Source: Nitrososphaerota archaeon (lineage in GTDB: Archaea; Thermoproteota; Nitrososphaeria_A; Caldarchaeales; JAVZCJ01). From it: a stretch of DNA of 64,000 bases. Position numbers and translations under genes: made by a program. The notes under the pieces were generated by a model that was not told where the DNA came from, searched no databases, and saw only the letters and a program-made list of their open reading frames with translations. The stretch lies in contig JAWAZL010000002.1 of NCBI GenBank assembly GCA_038817485.1, forward strand, positions 2,918 through 66,917, in the 5' to 3' direction. Positions 41,318-52,398 of the stretch are shown here, piece after piece; within the stretch, counting starts at the first letter, position 1, and every line of letters begins with the position of its first letter.

Positions 41318-42040
41318 ATGGTGCTTATATTTATGGTTTTAAGAAATAATGGAAGCTATCATCATGTTATTTATAGCACTTCTCATTGGATGTGTTTAAA
41401 AAAATTAAGGAAAAAAGCTTTGGATATAATGAGTTTGTTAAAAAAGAATGGTATAAATTCTATAGTTTATGGAAGTGTTGCAAGAGGAGATATAAAAAAA
41501 GGGAGCGATGTTGATGTTTTTATACCAAGAGTTATTCCGTCTTTCATTATAGAATCAACTCTTTCTGAATTATTCCCATCCTTTTATAAAAGAGAATTAG
41601 TTCAAGCTACTCCCTCCTATATTGTTAAAGCATATATTTTCGTAGATGAAATCACTTCTATTTCTTTTCCTTTATTAAAAATGAGAAAAGAAGAAATAGA
41701 TTTTTATAAACTTGCAGGTCAATTATCATATGAAGAATTACTTCAAGATAAAAGAGTTCCAGGTATAAGAAAAGATTTAATATTTATTAATCCTGTTGAA
41801 GATGGTCATATAGAATTTTCTATTAAAGAATTTCCAGAAATGGGTGCAAAAATTCTTGGTATGGATGTTTCTTCTTTACGTAAAAGAATTAATGTTTTAC
41901 TTAGACGTAAACTTTTTGGAAAAACAGGAGTTTTTAAATCGATAATTTTATCTGAAAATGAAAGTTTTGAATCTATTCTTAATAAACTCATTAATGAAGT
42001 TCCTGCTTTAAGATCTAGATTAAGATTTAGGAATAGATAA
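41318..42040 (+). CDS. Pol-beta-type nucleotidyltransferase, conserved archaeal family
   Basis: YGSVARGD...SDVDVF, ELVQATP, RVPG, GKTGVF. Confidence 0.85.
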   Translation: MVLIFMVLRNNGSYHHVIYSTSHWMCLKKLRKKALDIMSLLKKNGINSIVYGSVARGDIKKGSDVDVFIPRVIPSFIIESTLSELFPSFYKRELVQATPSYIVKAYIFVDEITSISFPLLKMRKEEIDFYKLAGQLSYEELLQDKRVPGIRKDLIFINPVEDGHIEFSIKEFPEMGAKILGMDVSSLRKRINVLLRRKLFGKTGVFKSIILSENESFESILNKLINEVPALRSRLRFRNR

Positions 42041-42878
42041 TATTTTTCTTAGATAGTTAAACATAATCATTTTTTATAGGATTTTTTGAGGAATGTTTAC
42101 TTAATAAACTTAAAAATTTGAGGAGTAGCATTTACTATATTATTTTTTATCTCCTTAAATATAAAAAAATGGATTGCGGTTATCTTAACCTACAATTAGT
42201 GGTTAGATTAATAAAAAATAACCCTCTTTAAAAATATTAACAAATTTGATAATAATCCCTCATCTGAATTTAAATATGTTATTAGAACAATACTTAGTGA
42301 TAGTTATAAAAAATCCATTAATAGTAAGGGTTGCTTTCTTTTATGATTATCTGTTTTAAAGATAAAGAATTTGGAAAAATTTAGCTAAAATAATACTAAA
42401 AGATAATAAACCGTAAGAGACCATTTTATGTATTTCTGAAGGCATTATTCAATGAAAAGGATTCCATGCATAAATCTCTATAATAACTCATGCTTTATAA
42501 TTCTAATATAGAACTATTAACTCATACTTAATATTATCTTTTAAAGATACTTTGATATTGATATTACTGGGTCATACTTAGAAGTAAATGAGGGGACAGT
42601 CATACACATTTAATATTCTGCATATGGTAAAACTTATTAAATATAATAAAAGATCATTATTATCCTTATATTCGTGCAAATAGTCTATTAAATTTTTCTA
42701 TAAATAAATTAGATTTACAATAAAAAGAAAACGAGAAAGACTAATTTAAGGCTTAAGCAGTAAATTTTTCTCCTTCTTTTAATTTTAAATAAATGGATTT
42801 TTCGAAAATTTAATTTACCATGTTTTCCAGAAGAAGAATTCAAAATAGAAAAATTATTTTTTATTATAATCAATAAAA

Positions 42879-43304
42879 TTATTTAATAACATCTTTAAAA
42901 CTTAAAACTTCTATATTATACTTACTTTTTATAATCTCCATATTAGCTAATATTAATGAATCTTCTGTAATTAGATCTTCTTTTAATACAATAGCTGTTG
43001 CTAATATCACGCAATCTATGTAATCTGGGATTGTTCTTCTTAATTTACAACTAACTTCAATTATTTCAGGTTTATAAAAAGGTTCAACTCTAAAAGTAGT
43101 AAATATAGCTTTAATAGCCTCGATTATAAATTTTGCTGGTATCATAAGTTTTGCAGCTTTTGCTTGAAGCTCAAATAAAGAAATTAAACTTATGCTTATC
43201 TCACTAAGTTTAAGATTAGTTTTTCCTTTAACTATTGCTTCTAATAAATCAGTATCTATAGCAATTCTTGCAAGAGGTAGAAGATACGTAGTATCTAAAA
43301 TCAT
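42879..43304 (-). CDS. vapC: PIN-domain toxin (VapC)
   Basis: ILDTTYL, SLFEL, DYIDCVILATA, LITED. Confidence 0.87.
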   Translation of the reverse strand: MILDTTYLLPLARIAIDTDLLEAIVKGKTNLKLSEISISLISLFELQAKAAKLMIPAKFIIEAIKAIFTTFRVEPFYKPEIIEVSCKLRRTIPDYIDCVILATAIVLKEDLITEDSLILANMEIIKSKYNIEVLSFKDVIK

Positions 43305-43540
43305 GATTCTAACCTTGCAGATAATTCTCTACGAAATTTTTCAAATTCTTTAGCACTTATTTTTATAAATTTTTTAGAAGATATAAGATTCAGAATATTT
43401 GTTTTATTTTTCAATTCCTTTTTAAGTATTTCATTTATAATTTTAGATAATGCTTTAGTAGTATTATACTTTTTTAAGCTTTCTTCAACAAGCATTTTAT
43501 AAACCTCATCATCAAGTAATATTGTTGTACGTCTAGGCAT
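43301..43540 (-). CDS. RHH/CopG-type antitoxin (VapB-like)
   Basis: RRTTILLDDEVY..L; ATGA overlap with the PIN gene. Confidence 0.8.
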   Translation of the reverse strand: MPRRTTILLDDEVYKMLVEESLKKYNTTKALSKIINEILKKELKNKTNILNLISSKKFIKISAKEFEKFRRELSARLES

Positions 43541-43694
43541 ATAATCACCTAAACATAAAAATACTTAATTGTATATAAACTTTCTACTCATTTAAATTTA
43601 TCAAGATTATCGATGATTTTTAGATAAAGAATATGGGAAAAAGAGTAAAATATTAATATTTTCATTAATAAGAATTTAACTTAATAATACGATT

Positions 43695-44771
43695 ATGATG
43701 ATAAAGATGGGAACTTCCAAATTTGTTAACTTCTACATTTCTAATCCATTAGATTTAATAATATTATATAAACTTCTAAATGAAGGAGATAAAATTTGTG
43801 GAGAAACGACACGTGAAGTAAAAAAATATAGGAAGAATGGAAAAATTGAAAGTAGAAGAATAAGGCTTAAAATTTGTATAGAAATTGAAAAGAAAAATGT
43901 AGATCCTTTAATGAAAAATATATCTTTTTTAGGAAGAATAGTTTGGTCTAATAAAGATATTGATATAATTCATAAGTATCATTCTATAAAAGTTGGTATT
44001 AATTCTATTGTTAAAATAGAGAAAGAAAAATTTAATGAAAATTTAAACCTTCTTTCTCTCAAAAAATTTAAACCATCAATAAAAACTAATATAATCTGTA
44101 TTTTATTAGAAGAGCACTCATACTTAATTAGCGAAATTAACGAAAATGGTGTGCATATTCTAGATAAATTTGAAGAAACTTTAGTTGGTAAGGAAGATCC
44201 TTTATTACATTCGAAAAAAACCATGGAAGTTTTTCATAAAGCAGCAACTTCATTAATAAAAATTTTTAATGAGAAAAGGAAGAAATATGATATAGCTATT
44301 TTTGGTCCAAGTATATTCATTCAAGATTTTTTAAAAATTTTAAGAAAAGAAAATCCTAAATTAAGCAATTTTATTAAAAAAACAGCATATGTTTCTTCTT
44401 CTGATACTTCAGGTATTGAGGAAATTCTTAGGAATAGATTATTAATAGAGTATGGTGAAGATATTCCTTTACTAAAAGGAGTAGATATAATGGAAAAGAT
44501 ATTAGAAAAAATGGCAAAAGGAGAAAGTATTTTTTCAATAGGTTTAAATGAGGTTATTCTCTCTTTAAGACAAGGTGCAGCAGAAAAAATCTTAATAAGT
44601 GAAAACTTCCTTTGGAATAATCTTGAGAAAAATGAATTAGATGAAATACTAGATTTATCATTTAAAACAAAAGCAGAATTACTAATTATACCAAATAACA
44701 TTGAAGCTGGAGAAAAACTTGAATCTTTTGGAGGGATAATTAGTTTAAATCGTTGGCCTCTTTCTTTGTAA
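43695..44771 (+). CDS. pelA: Pelota/Dom34 ribosome rescue factor
   Basis: DL..LY.L...GD....TTREVK, KYHS, FGP, SGIEEILR, GAAEKIL, AGEKLESFGGI. Confidence 0.85.
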   Translation: MMIKMGTSKFVNFYISNPLDLIILYKLLNEGDKICGETTREVKKYRKNGKIESRRIRLKICIEIEKKNVDPLMKNISFLGRIVWSNKDIDIIHKYHSIKVGINSIVKIEKEKFNENLNLLSLKKFKPSIKTNIICILLEEHSYLISEINENGVHILDKFEETLVGKEDPLLHSKKTMEVFHKAATSLIKIFNEKRKKYDIAIFGPSIFIQDFLKILRKENPKLSNFIKKTAYVSSSDTSGIEEILRNRLLIEYGEDIPLLKGVDIMEKILEKMAKGESIFSIGLNEVILSLRQGAAEKILISENFLWNNLEKNELDEILDLSFKTKAELLIIPNNIEAGEKLESFGGIISLNRWPLSL

Positions 44772-45124
44772 AAGTTTTACTATATTTCAAAATAAGCTCG
44801 GTACTATAAGTTTTTTATCTTATATTTAAATTTTGAAATGTATCAATTTTTGATAAATAAAAATATAGTTTAACATCCTTATGTAAAATTGAATGGTATT
44901 TTAAGTAAAAAGATTAAAAAAGAAACTAATTAGTTAATCTCTTTTTTATTTTAAATTGTATTAAAGATAATTAAATTCTTCTATCAGGGATTAAAATTAA
45001 GATTAAATTAATCGAATTAAAACTTCTAAGGTTACCTAATACTTTGTTGATTCTGAAAGTTAAAATAATATTATTATATAAAAAAATTTCTTCTAATAAT
45101 TTTATGAATTTTAAGAAAATAAAA

Positions 45125-46192
45125 TTAATAAACTAAAATTCTTTCAATTCTTTCAGCAGGTATTTTTCTTTCTTTTCCAATTATTATTGCTCTTAAATTT
45201 TTTATTTCTATCCATTTAAGATTTACATAACTTATTACAATTCCTATATTAAATGGTGAAGGATGTTTTTGTAATATTCTTTTATTTAATTGCATTAATA
45301 ATTTTTCAAATTCTACCTCCATTGGGAGCAATTCTCCTTCTTTCTTAAATCTATTGAATGCGTTAATAAGAATTTCTCTATAAGGATAAACAGCAAGAAT
45401 GTTAATCATCTCGTCCAATGTATGTAACGCATACACTCTTTCTAAATCTTCTCTTCTAAAAATGTATCCATAAGGTAAAAAATATTTTTTAGCATCTTCC
45501 AACTCTATTTTACTTAATTTGCAACGAATTGCAGTTTTTATATTTATTATATCTATTTCTGTACCAAGTATTTCATTAATAATTTTTCTATCAATCCCAC
45601 TGAAAATGCTTGCATCTTCTAAAAGCAATTGATATATATATTTATCAAGAGCAACTTCTAGAGGTAAAAGTATTTTACTTTCTCTATATTCTTCAAGTGG
45701 CTCTTCTAATATTTCTTTATATTCAGCAATTCCATACAACTCAAGTAAATCAATCAATTCTTCAACATTAATTGCTTCTTCCATTAATCTTTTACATAAT
45801 TCTTCATTAAATTGTCTAAAAGGCAAAAGATATTCTTTAATATCGGAAAATGACATATTTGTTTCTTTTGCATTAAGAATAACTTTAAGATTATGTATTT
45901 CAAATTTCTTAAGCAAATCTGTTAAAAGATTTTTTACATCTTTTGGTGAATAATTCAAAATATCTTCTATTTCTTTAATAAAGTTTTTAACAATCGCTTT
46001 TTCTAAATTAATAGCATTTATATCTTCATTTTTTAAATCAATTTCATAAGCAGTTTTCCCTAAAATTTGGGCAATTTCTTGAACATCTTTACTTCCAAGT
46101 AAAGCATATATATTATCTTTTGTAAGTAAATGTGCCCTCATACTTCTAACTTTTGCGTTAAGATAAGCATATTTTAATACACCTAACTTCAT
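45125..46192 (-). CDS. atpC: A/V-type ATP synthase subunit C
   Basis: YAYLNAKVR.M, EIHNLK, GTEIDIINI, EIKNLRAI. Confidence 0.9.
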   Translation of the reverse strand: MKLGVLKYAYLNAKVRSMRAHLLTKDNIYALLGSKDVQEIAQILGKTAYEIDLKNEDINAINLEKAIVKNFIKEIEDILNYSPKDVKNLLTDLLKKFEIHNLKVILNAKETNMSFSDIKEYLLPFRQFNEELCKRLMEEAINVEELIDLLELYGIAEYKEILEEPLEEYRESKILLPLEVALDKYIYQLLLEDASIFSGIDRKIINEILGTEIDIINIKTAIRCKLSKIELEDAKKYFLPYGYIFRREDLERVYALHTLDEMINILAVYPYREILINAFNRFKKEGELLPMEVEFEKLLMQLNKRILQKHPSPFNIGIVISYVNLKWIEIKNLRAIIIGKERKIPAERIERILVY

Positions 46193-46227
46193 ATTAAAGC
46201 GCCCATTTTATATAAAACTATAAATAT

Positions 46228-46812
46228 TTAAATTCTCCATTTTGCTATTGGACGTTTTAAAAACTTCCTTTTTAATATTAACTTATTGGGCTTTTTAATA
46301 ATAGGCTTTTTAATACTTTTCTCGGAATGATTATAAGCCCATGCAGTTATTTCTTTTGAAGAAATAATAGTATTTGAATATTGAATAGAAGGTGGAAGTA
46401 ATTTTTGTATATTCTCCCTTATTTTCCAATTAACTTTTTTTATGAAATTTTTTATAAAATTATTTGTATTTACTAATTTTCCATACGAATCTTTAAATTT
46501 CCAATTTGTACTTCTTATCATATAATCCCATTCACTTTTCTCATGTAATTTTTCTAAAGCAATCATCATTTCAATTTTATCAATTTCTCTATATATATGC
46601 TCTTCTTCTTTTATTGATTTCACATTTTTTAATTGTGATTTTAATTTTCTTATTTTTGCTTTTAATAATAATTCTTTTGAAAGATGTGGAGAAATTTTAG
46701 ATATTTTTTTAAAACTAATAAGTTTTTCAATATCTTTATTTTTATTCATTTCTTCTTTTAATTTTTTATACCATTCATATCCTTCCATACTTTCCAATTT
46801 AAGCAACCTCAA
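46228..46812 (-). CDS. Hypothetical protein, paralog of 58463-59110
   Basis: Shared PH...LLK.K.R.L, REIDK and LPPSI motifs. Confidence 0.7.
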   Translation of the reverse strand: MRLLKLESMEGYEWYKKLKEEMNKNKDIEKLISFKKISKISPHLSKELLLKAKIRKLKSQLKNVKSIKEEEHIYREIDKIEMMIALEKLHEKSEWDYMIRSTNWKFKDSYGKLVNTNNFIKNFIKKVNWKIRENIQKLLPPSIQYSNTIISSKEITAWAYNHSEKSIKKPIIKKPNKLILKRKFLKRPIAKWRI

Positions 46813-46934
46813 ATCCTAATATTTTTATTTATTATGGATTTAAATATTTTTATTTATTTTTCAAAATTAAAAAAGAAAATAACAAAATTAAAATTTAATA
46901 TTTAAAATGCTATAATGAATTATAAAAAGTAGAA

Positions 46935-47387
46935 TTATATGCTTCCAATAAGCATAAATGATATTAGCAATCCATAAATGCCTATTGCTTCTGATAATAC
47001 TACTGAAATAACATTCATTGAGAAAGTTTCAGGTTTTTCAGCTATTGCTCCTGTCATTGCGCTACCACAATAAGCTATTCCAAGTCCTGCACCAAGAGTT
47101 GATATGAAAATAGTTAATCCTGCTGCTAATGCTTTAAAAGATGCTTCTTCTGTTGTAATTTTTGGTAAAGCTCCAACAAGCATGAATCCAGCTAATAATC
47201 CATAAATAGCTAATGCTTCCCCTAAAACAACAGCAATCATAGCTCTTGTAAGTATTTCTGGCCTTTCAGTTCCAGCTCCAGCCATCGCAGTTCCAACAGT
47301 TATAATTGCAAATATTGCTGCAATCGAGGATCCTCCTGTAGCTAAAACTATACCTAATAAACCAAAGAAACTTGGATCCATTTTCAT
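46935..47387 (-). CDS. atpK: ATP synthase proteolipid subunit K/c, duplicated 4-TM form
   Basis: Two hairpins: ERPE...GEALAIYGLL and EKPE...SEAIGIYGLL. Confidence 0.93.
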   Translation of the reverse strand: MKMDPSFFGLLGIVLATGGSSIAAIFAIITVGTAMAGAGTERPEILTRAMIAVVLGEALAIYGLLAGFMLVGALPKITTEEASFKALAAGLTIFISTLGAGLGIAYCGSAMTGAIAEKPETFSMNVISVVLSEAIGIYGLLISFMLIGSI

Positions 47388-47481
47388 CCTACCCCTAATT
47401 TTTCTTAATTTAATCCTTTTTTCTTTTTATTTATACTTTTCACTTTTATTTTAATTATAAAAACTAGATTTATGAAAATAT

Positions 47482-49149
47482 TTATATGCTTACTATACGT
47501 ACGTTTTTCATTTCAAAAGGCGTATATTTCATTCCTCCCCCAGTATAGAATTTTGAAAACCATTCTACCCAATGCAATCTTAAAGTATGTACGAAAATTA
47601 TAGTACCCTCTAAAATAAGAGCTAAAAGAGTTCCGATTAAAATTCCTAGTATTTGCATTGGCCCTTCTCCCATCATTTGAATAAACATTTTTCCCATACT
47701 TGCATGAATTAAATTTAAAGCAAGTAATCGTCCAAATGATACTGTATGACTTAAAGATTCTATAAGAGCCATGAATGCATGTGAAGCACCTTCAATTTTT
47801 CTAGTAAATCCTTCATATATAACCATAAGAACAAAAGGAATGAGTAAAAATTGTGGATTAACAATCCAAAAATCTATTCTCAAAATTTGTGTTGAACCAT
47901 AATTGAAGAATGCATATGCTGCACCATTATAAAACCACATCCACAAAATTACTGATACTACTTCTTTATATTCTTTATTAACTATTTTATTTGCTAAATT
48001 TAATATTAATCCAAGTGTTATTTGACATACTCCTACAAAAATTGCAAAATGGAACATAGCCATAATATCTTCAGATGGTACAAACCCTCCAATCAAAGTT
48101 TCTTTTCCTATCTTTCCTATTTCGATTGGATGAAGATGAAATCCTAAAAATTCATGCATACCAAATATCTCTCCAAATATAAATCCCCAAAATACTCCAA
48201 ATGCGCCACATAATGCAAGCAACTCTCCTGCTGAAATAACCATGCCTAATATTCCATCCATTCTTACTCCTTTTCTCATCATTTGCCTTCTTGCAATTGC
48301 AAGCAATATTCCTCCGATGGCCATTATTGATGCATGTCCTATATCTGCAAACATTATGCCATAAACGAATGGGAAGGTTATAAACATTAACATAACTGGA
48401 TTTATTTCATGTGATAAAGGCACTCCATAAGCATATAATAATTTCACAAATGGTTCTAAAAAGCTTGGAGTTTTGAAAAATACTGGTGCTTCGTGTTCTT
48501 CCTCAATTTCTTCAATAGTTACAAAACCATTCGCAGCTTTTTCTACTGCTTCAATTACTTCTTTACTTCTTTCTTTAGGTACCCACCCCTCTATTATAAA
48601 AGTTTTACGAGTTTTACCGAAAAATTGCTTTATTTCTTCAAATTTTTTGCCTATTTCTACTTTTCTTTTCATTTCTATTAAATGTTCTTTATTTTTCTCA
48701 ATAAATTCTATGTACTCCATTTCTTTTGCTTTTTCAGCTAATTCTATTAATGCTTTTTCCTTTTCAGGAAGGTCTGGTTGTGCTTTCTTTTGTGATAATG
48801 ATTGAATCTCATCTTTTATTCCTTTATATTTTTCTTCTATCCTTGTTACATTTTTATCAATTTCTTCAACTAAACTTGATAAATCATCTATTGAAATAGT
48901 TTCACTAGGAATTTCTTTAAGAGAAATTCCAAAATCTTCTATTAATTTATCAATTCTAGAAAGGAGATTTGTATATTTAAATAAAAGTTCACTCGGTCTT
49001 ACATTTTCTATTCCTTCTATCTCTTCCTTTTTTTCTCTAAAGTCTGAAAAATGCATTATTCCTAATTTTCCAAGAGTATATATTACATTATCGATGTATT
49101 TTTCATAAACAATTGCTCTTAATTTTTTCATTGGAGCAGCTCTAAGCAA
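47482..49149 (-). CDS. atpI: ATP synthase subunit I/a
   Basis: IEGWVP, YGVP...EINP, YGIMFADIGH, SFGRL.AL, RLHWVEWFSKFY. Confidence 0.93.
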   Translation of the reverse strand: MLRAAPMKKLRAIVYEKYIDNVIYTLGKLGIMHFSDFREKKEEIEGIENVRPSELLFKYTNLLSRIDKLIEDFGISLKEIPSETISIDDLSSLVEEIDKNVTRIEEKYKGIKDEIQSLSQKKAQPDLPEKEKALIELAEKAKEMEYIEFIEKNKEHLIEMKRKVEIGKKFEEIKQFFGKTRKTFIIEGWVPKERSKEVIEAVEKAANGFVTIEEIEEEHEAPVFFKTPSFLEPFVKLLYAYGVPLSHEINPVMLMFITFPFVYGIMFADIGHASIMAIGGILLAIARRQMMRKGVRMDGILGMVISAGELLALCGAFGVFWGFIFGEIFGMHEFLGFHLHPIEIGKIGKETLIGGFVPSEDIMAMFHFAIFVGVCQITLGLILNLANKIVNKEYKEVVSVILWMWFYNGAAYAFFNYGSTQILRIDFWIVNPQFLLIPFVLMVIYEGFTRKIEGASHAFMALIESLSHTVSFGRLLALNLIHASMGKMFIQMMGEGPMQILGILIGTLLALILEGTIIFVHTLRLHWVEWFSKFYTGGGMKYTPFEMKNVRIVSI

Positions 49150-49260
49150 AGTTTTTCCCCCAATTTATTCTAATTTTCCTAAAATTAAAATATTTATAAT
49201 CTTTTATTTTAATTAACAAAAAATTTAAATTTCTTAAAATAATCTAAAAATGATGCTAAA

Positions 49261-49458
49261 ATGCCTATCTTAATAAATCCTAAATACTTACTTATAGGTT
49301 TGGATATAGTTATTTTTGCTATAATTGGTTATGTTTTAGGTCAATATTTTAATAAGGAATTAATTGGATTAATGATTGGTACAATTTTAGGTACGATTAT
49401 TATGTGGTTTCACCTGTTTTATATTATTTATAGAACATCTAAAAAGCCTAAACCTTAA
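49261..49458 (+). CDS. Small 2-TM protein, AtpZ-like
   Basis: IGYVLG...IGLMIGTILG pattern; heads the atpHEFD unit. Confidence 0.6.
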   Translation: MPILINPKYLLIGLDIVIFAIIGYVLGQYFNKELIGLMIGTILGTIIMWFHLFYIIYRTSKKPKP

Positions 49459-49521
49459 TATTTTTAGAGAAAAATTAATTATTTAATAATACTATTTTTT
49501 ATTTTAAAAAAGTGGCTTAAT

Positions 49522-49890
49522 ATGTCTCAAGGAATAAAACCATTAAAAAAAGGTGAAAAAATAACTAAACCTTTAGAATTAATAATAGAGATCGAAAAAG
49601 AAGCGATGAGAATTATAGAAGATGCAAAAGCTAAAGCTAAAAAAATTATAGAAGATGCAAAAATAAAAGCTCAAGATGAATATAATATATCATTCCAAGA
49701 GGCTATTTCAAAAATTAATGAAAAAGCTTCATTATTAATAGAAGAAGAAAAAAGAAAAGCTGATGCTGAAGCTAAAAAAATCATTAAAGATACAGAAAAT
49801 AAAATAAAAGAATTAAGAGAAAAAGCTAATAAAAAAATTGATGAAGCTATAAAGAAAATGTTAAGTATAATTCTACCTATGGAGGAATAA
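49522..49890 (+). CDS. atpH: ATP synthase peripheral stalk subunit H/G
   Basis: EKEA..IIEDAK.KA coiled coil directly before atpE. Confidence 0.75.
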   Translation: MSQGIKPLKKGEKITKPLELIIEIEKEAMRIIEDAKAKAKKIIEDAKIKAQDEYNISFQEAISKINEKASLLIEEEKRKADAEAKKIIKDTENKIKELREKANKKIDEAIKKMLSIILPMEE

Positions 49891-49893
49891 AAA

Positions 49894-50523
49894 ATGACTT
49901 TAGAAAACTTAATGAGTATAATAATTGAAGATGCTAAAAAAGAAGCTGAAAATATTATTAAAGAAGCTAATAAAAATGCTGAACAAATAATAGAAAATAG
50001 TAGAAAGAGTGCCTTATCTAAAGCACTAGAAGAAGAAAAAACTTTAATAAGAAAAGCTAAGGAAGAAGCTGAAAATATTAGAAATACAATTTTATCTGAA
50101 GCAAGAATAAAATCTAGTTGGATGATTGTTGATGAAAAAACAAAAATTATTGATGAAGCTATTGAGAAAGCAAAAGTGAAATTAAAAGAATTTACAAAAT
50201 CAAAAGAAAAATATATAGAAATACTTTCAAAATTAATAGTTAATGCAAGTACCACATTGGGTGGTGGAGAATTAGAAGTATTATTAAATAAACAAGATTT
50301 AAAATTACCATTAGATATTAAAAAATTAGAAAAAATAATTGAGGAAAAAACTGGTAAAAAAACTATTTTAAAAATAATCGATGAAGATTTACAAACAATT
50401 GGAGGAGCGATGGTAAGAACTAAGGATAAAAAAATAATTATAAATTATACTTTTGAAGGAATAATCGAAACTCATAAAAGATACTTGCAAAAAGAAGCAT
50501 CAAAAATTTTATTTAGTGAGTGA
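49894..50523 (+). CDS. atpE: ATP synthase subunit E
   Basis: I.EDAKKEAE.II, IGGAMV....I.INYTFE. Confidence 0.9.
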   Translation: MTLENLMSIIIEDAKKEAENIIKEANKNAEQIIENSRKSALSKALEEEKTLIRKAKEEAENIRNTILSEARIKSSWMIVDEKTKIIDEAIEKAKVKLKEFTKSKEKYIEILSKLIVNASTTLGGGELEVLLNKQDLKLPLDIKKLEKIIEEKTGKKTILKIIDEDLQTIGGAMVRTKDKKIIINYTFEGIIETHKRYLQKEASKILFSE

Positions 50524-50855
50524 GTCACATGGGAAAAATAGCTGCTATTACAGATGAAGATACCGCGTTAGTTTTTAAATGGATAGGAATTAGGAATAGT
50601 TTTATTGCAAAAGATATAGATGAAGCTAAAAATATTTTAATGGATTTATCTAATAAAAAAGAATACTCATTAATTTTAATTACTGCAAGCATCGCTGAAA
50701 AAATAGAATCTATAATTAATACTATTATTGCTGAGAGAGAATACCCATTAATAGTTATTATTCCAGAAATTGGTCAGCCTACTTATAAAAAAATAGATCC
50801 ACTTAGAGAATTATTAAAAAGAACGATTGGAATAGAGATTAAAACATCAAAATAA
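50520..50855 (+). CDS. atpF: ATP synthase subunit F
   Basis: KIAAITDEDT...F...G, YPLIVIIP, KRTIGIEI. Confidence 0.9.
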   Translation: MSHMGKIAAITDEDTALVFKWIGIRNSFIAKDIDEAKNILMDLSNKKEYSLILITASIAEKIESIINTIIAEREYPLIVIIPEIGQPTYKKIDPLRELLKRTIGIEIKTSK

Positions 50856-50868
50856 AGGAGAATAGAAA

Positions 50869-51513
50869 ATGTCTAGAGAAGCTGTTAGAGTTACTCGAAT
50901 GGAGCTTCTTAAGCTTAAGAAAAGTTTAGAAGTTGCGATTAGAGCAAGGAATTTGTTAGAAGAGAAAAGAAATGTTCTTGCAATGGAGTTACTTGATTAT
51001 ATTAAAAAAATGAATTTAGCACAAGAAAAAATTGATGAGAAAATGAAGAACGCTCATAATGCATTTATAGACGCTCAAATGGCTTTAGGTAAAATAGGTA
51101 TTAAAAGCGCAATTGTTTCAATTTCTCCTGAGCGTTTTTCACTTGAAGAAAAATATAGAAGCATTATGGGAATAAGAATACCAATAATAAATTTGATCGA
51201 AAATAAAATACAAATTCCTTATAATTTTTTATCACCCTCATCAAAACTAGATGAATTGGCTCTTCATGTTAATGAAGCAATTAAAGCAATTATAGAAGCA
51301 GCTGAAGCACAAGCTACAATTAAGAAACTTGCAGAAGAATTAAAGAAAATAAAAAGGAGAGTTAATGCTTTAGATCGTATAATTATACCTAGAATAAAAA
51401 ATAGAATCAAGTATATAGAAGAAAGACTTAGTGAAATGGAACGTGAAACGATTTTTAGAATAAAAAGAATAAAATATCTTTTAGAAAAAAGGAAAATTAC
51501 AGAAATTGTTTAA
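50869..51513 (+). CDS. atpD: ATP synthase subunit D
   Basis: TRMELL.LK, LLEEKR..L, RRVNALD...IP, L.EMERE. Confidence 0.93.
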   Translation: MSREAVRVTRMELLKLKKSLEVAIRARNLLEEKRNVLAMELLDYIKKMNLAQEKIDEKMKNAHNAFIDAQMALGKIGIKSAIVSISPERFSLEEKYRSIMGIRIPIINLIENKIQIPYNFLSPSSKLDELALHVNEAIKAIIEAAEAQATIKKLAEELKKIKRRVNALDRIIIPRIKNRIKYIEERLSEMERETIFRIKRIKYLLEKRKITEIV

Positions 51514-51631
51514 TATTTAAAAATTCATGGAAACGAAAAAGTAGGAAGTAAATTTTTTAATAGATTATTCAATTAAGCTTTCTATAATAAAGGTAAAATT
51601 TTATTTTATTTATTGCAAGTAGATAATCAAT

Positions 51632-51913
51632 TTACGTATTGAATGAAATAAGATCATTCTTAGCTAAATCTTCTAAAATCTTAGTAACTATCTTTTCTAC
51701 ATATCCATTACTTATTTTTAAACCGAGTTTTTCATTAATTTCTAAACTCAATTTTTCAATAATTTGATTAATACTTTTCTTACCATCACATTCTTCCCAT
51801 ATTAGATAATATAGAGATGGTATAATGTATGTTTTATTTTCACTGGATATAGGAATACCTTTTCCATTATTCTCTATAAGTTTTTTATTAACATATTTAT
51901 TAATATTTGTCAT
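51632..51913 (-). CDS. PqqD-family (RRE) winged-helix protein
   Basis: IWEECDGKKSINQII...LEDLAKNDLI. Confidence 0.7.
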   Translation of the reverse strand: MTNINKYVNKKLIENNGKGIPISSENKTYIIPSLYYLIWEECDGKKSINQIIEKLSLEINEKLGLKISNGYVEKIVTKILEDLAKNDLISFNT

Positions 51914-52100
51914 AATAATTTCGTTATTAATTATATTAAAACTTATATAAATACTTTTAATAAGATTTTTCTTAATATTAATGTTTTGAATTTTACTTTG
52001 ATAAATTTACTTAATTTCCTAAAATACTTAAAATTTATAAATGAAAATATTAAAAAATAAAAATTTATAAATTAATTTTGAGAATATTTGTTAGAAAAAT

Positions 52101-52310
52101 ATGAAGGATAATAGTAAGACTATTAGTACTGATAATGTTTTAGAATATATTAAAGAAAATGAGCCTCTCTGTTTAAGCGACATTTCTAAGAAATTTAATA
52201 TTAGTTGGGCTACTGCAAAAACATTGCTTCTTGAACTTGTTTTACATGGAAAAATAAATATGAAAAAATGCGGTAAAACATGGATTGTATGGATGAAAGA
52301 ATCAAAATAG
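52101..52310 (+). CDS. Small winged-HTH protein, copy 1
   Basis: ISKKFNISWATAKTLLLELVLHGKI helix-turn-helix with beta wing. Confidence 0.8.
   Translation: MKDNSKTISTDNVLEYIKENEPLCLSDISKKFNISWATAKTLLLELVLHGKINMKKCGKTWIVWMKESK
52191..52301 (+). repeat. 111-bp perfect inverted repeat, arm 1
   Basis: Identical to the reverse complement of 58078-58188. Confidence 0.9.
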
Positions 52311-52398
52311 TATTGAATAACTATAAAGTATTAAAAGGAAAAACTATTTTTATTACATAATTGATTTAAAAGAAACTAAAGAAAAGGTGAGTAAATAA

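Noticed and set aside
41098..41349. 83-aa ORF
   Set aside because: Overlaps the SRP RNA gene in antisense; no protein features
42041..42878. Long AT-rich gap (also 38940-39500) with short ORF-like fragments
   Set aside because: No assignable motif or structure; probably eroded genes
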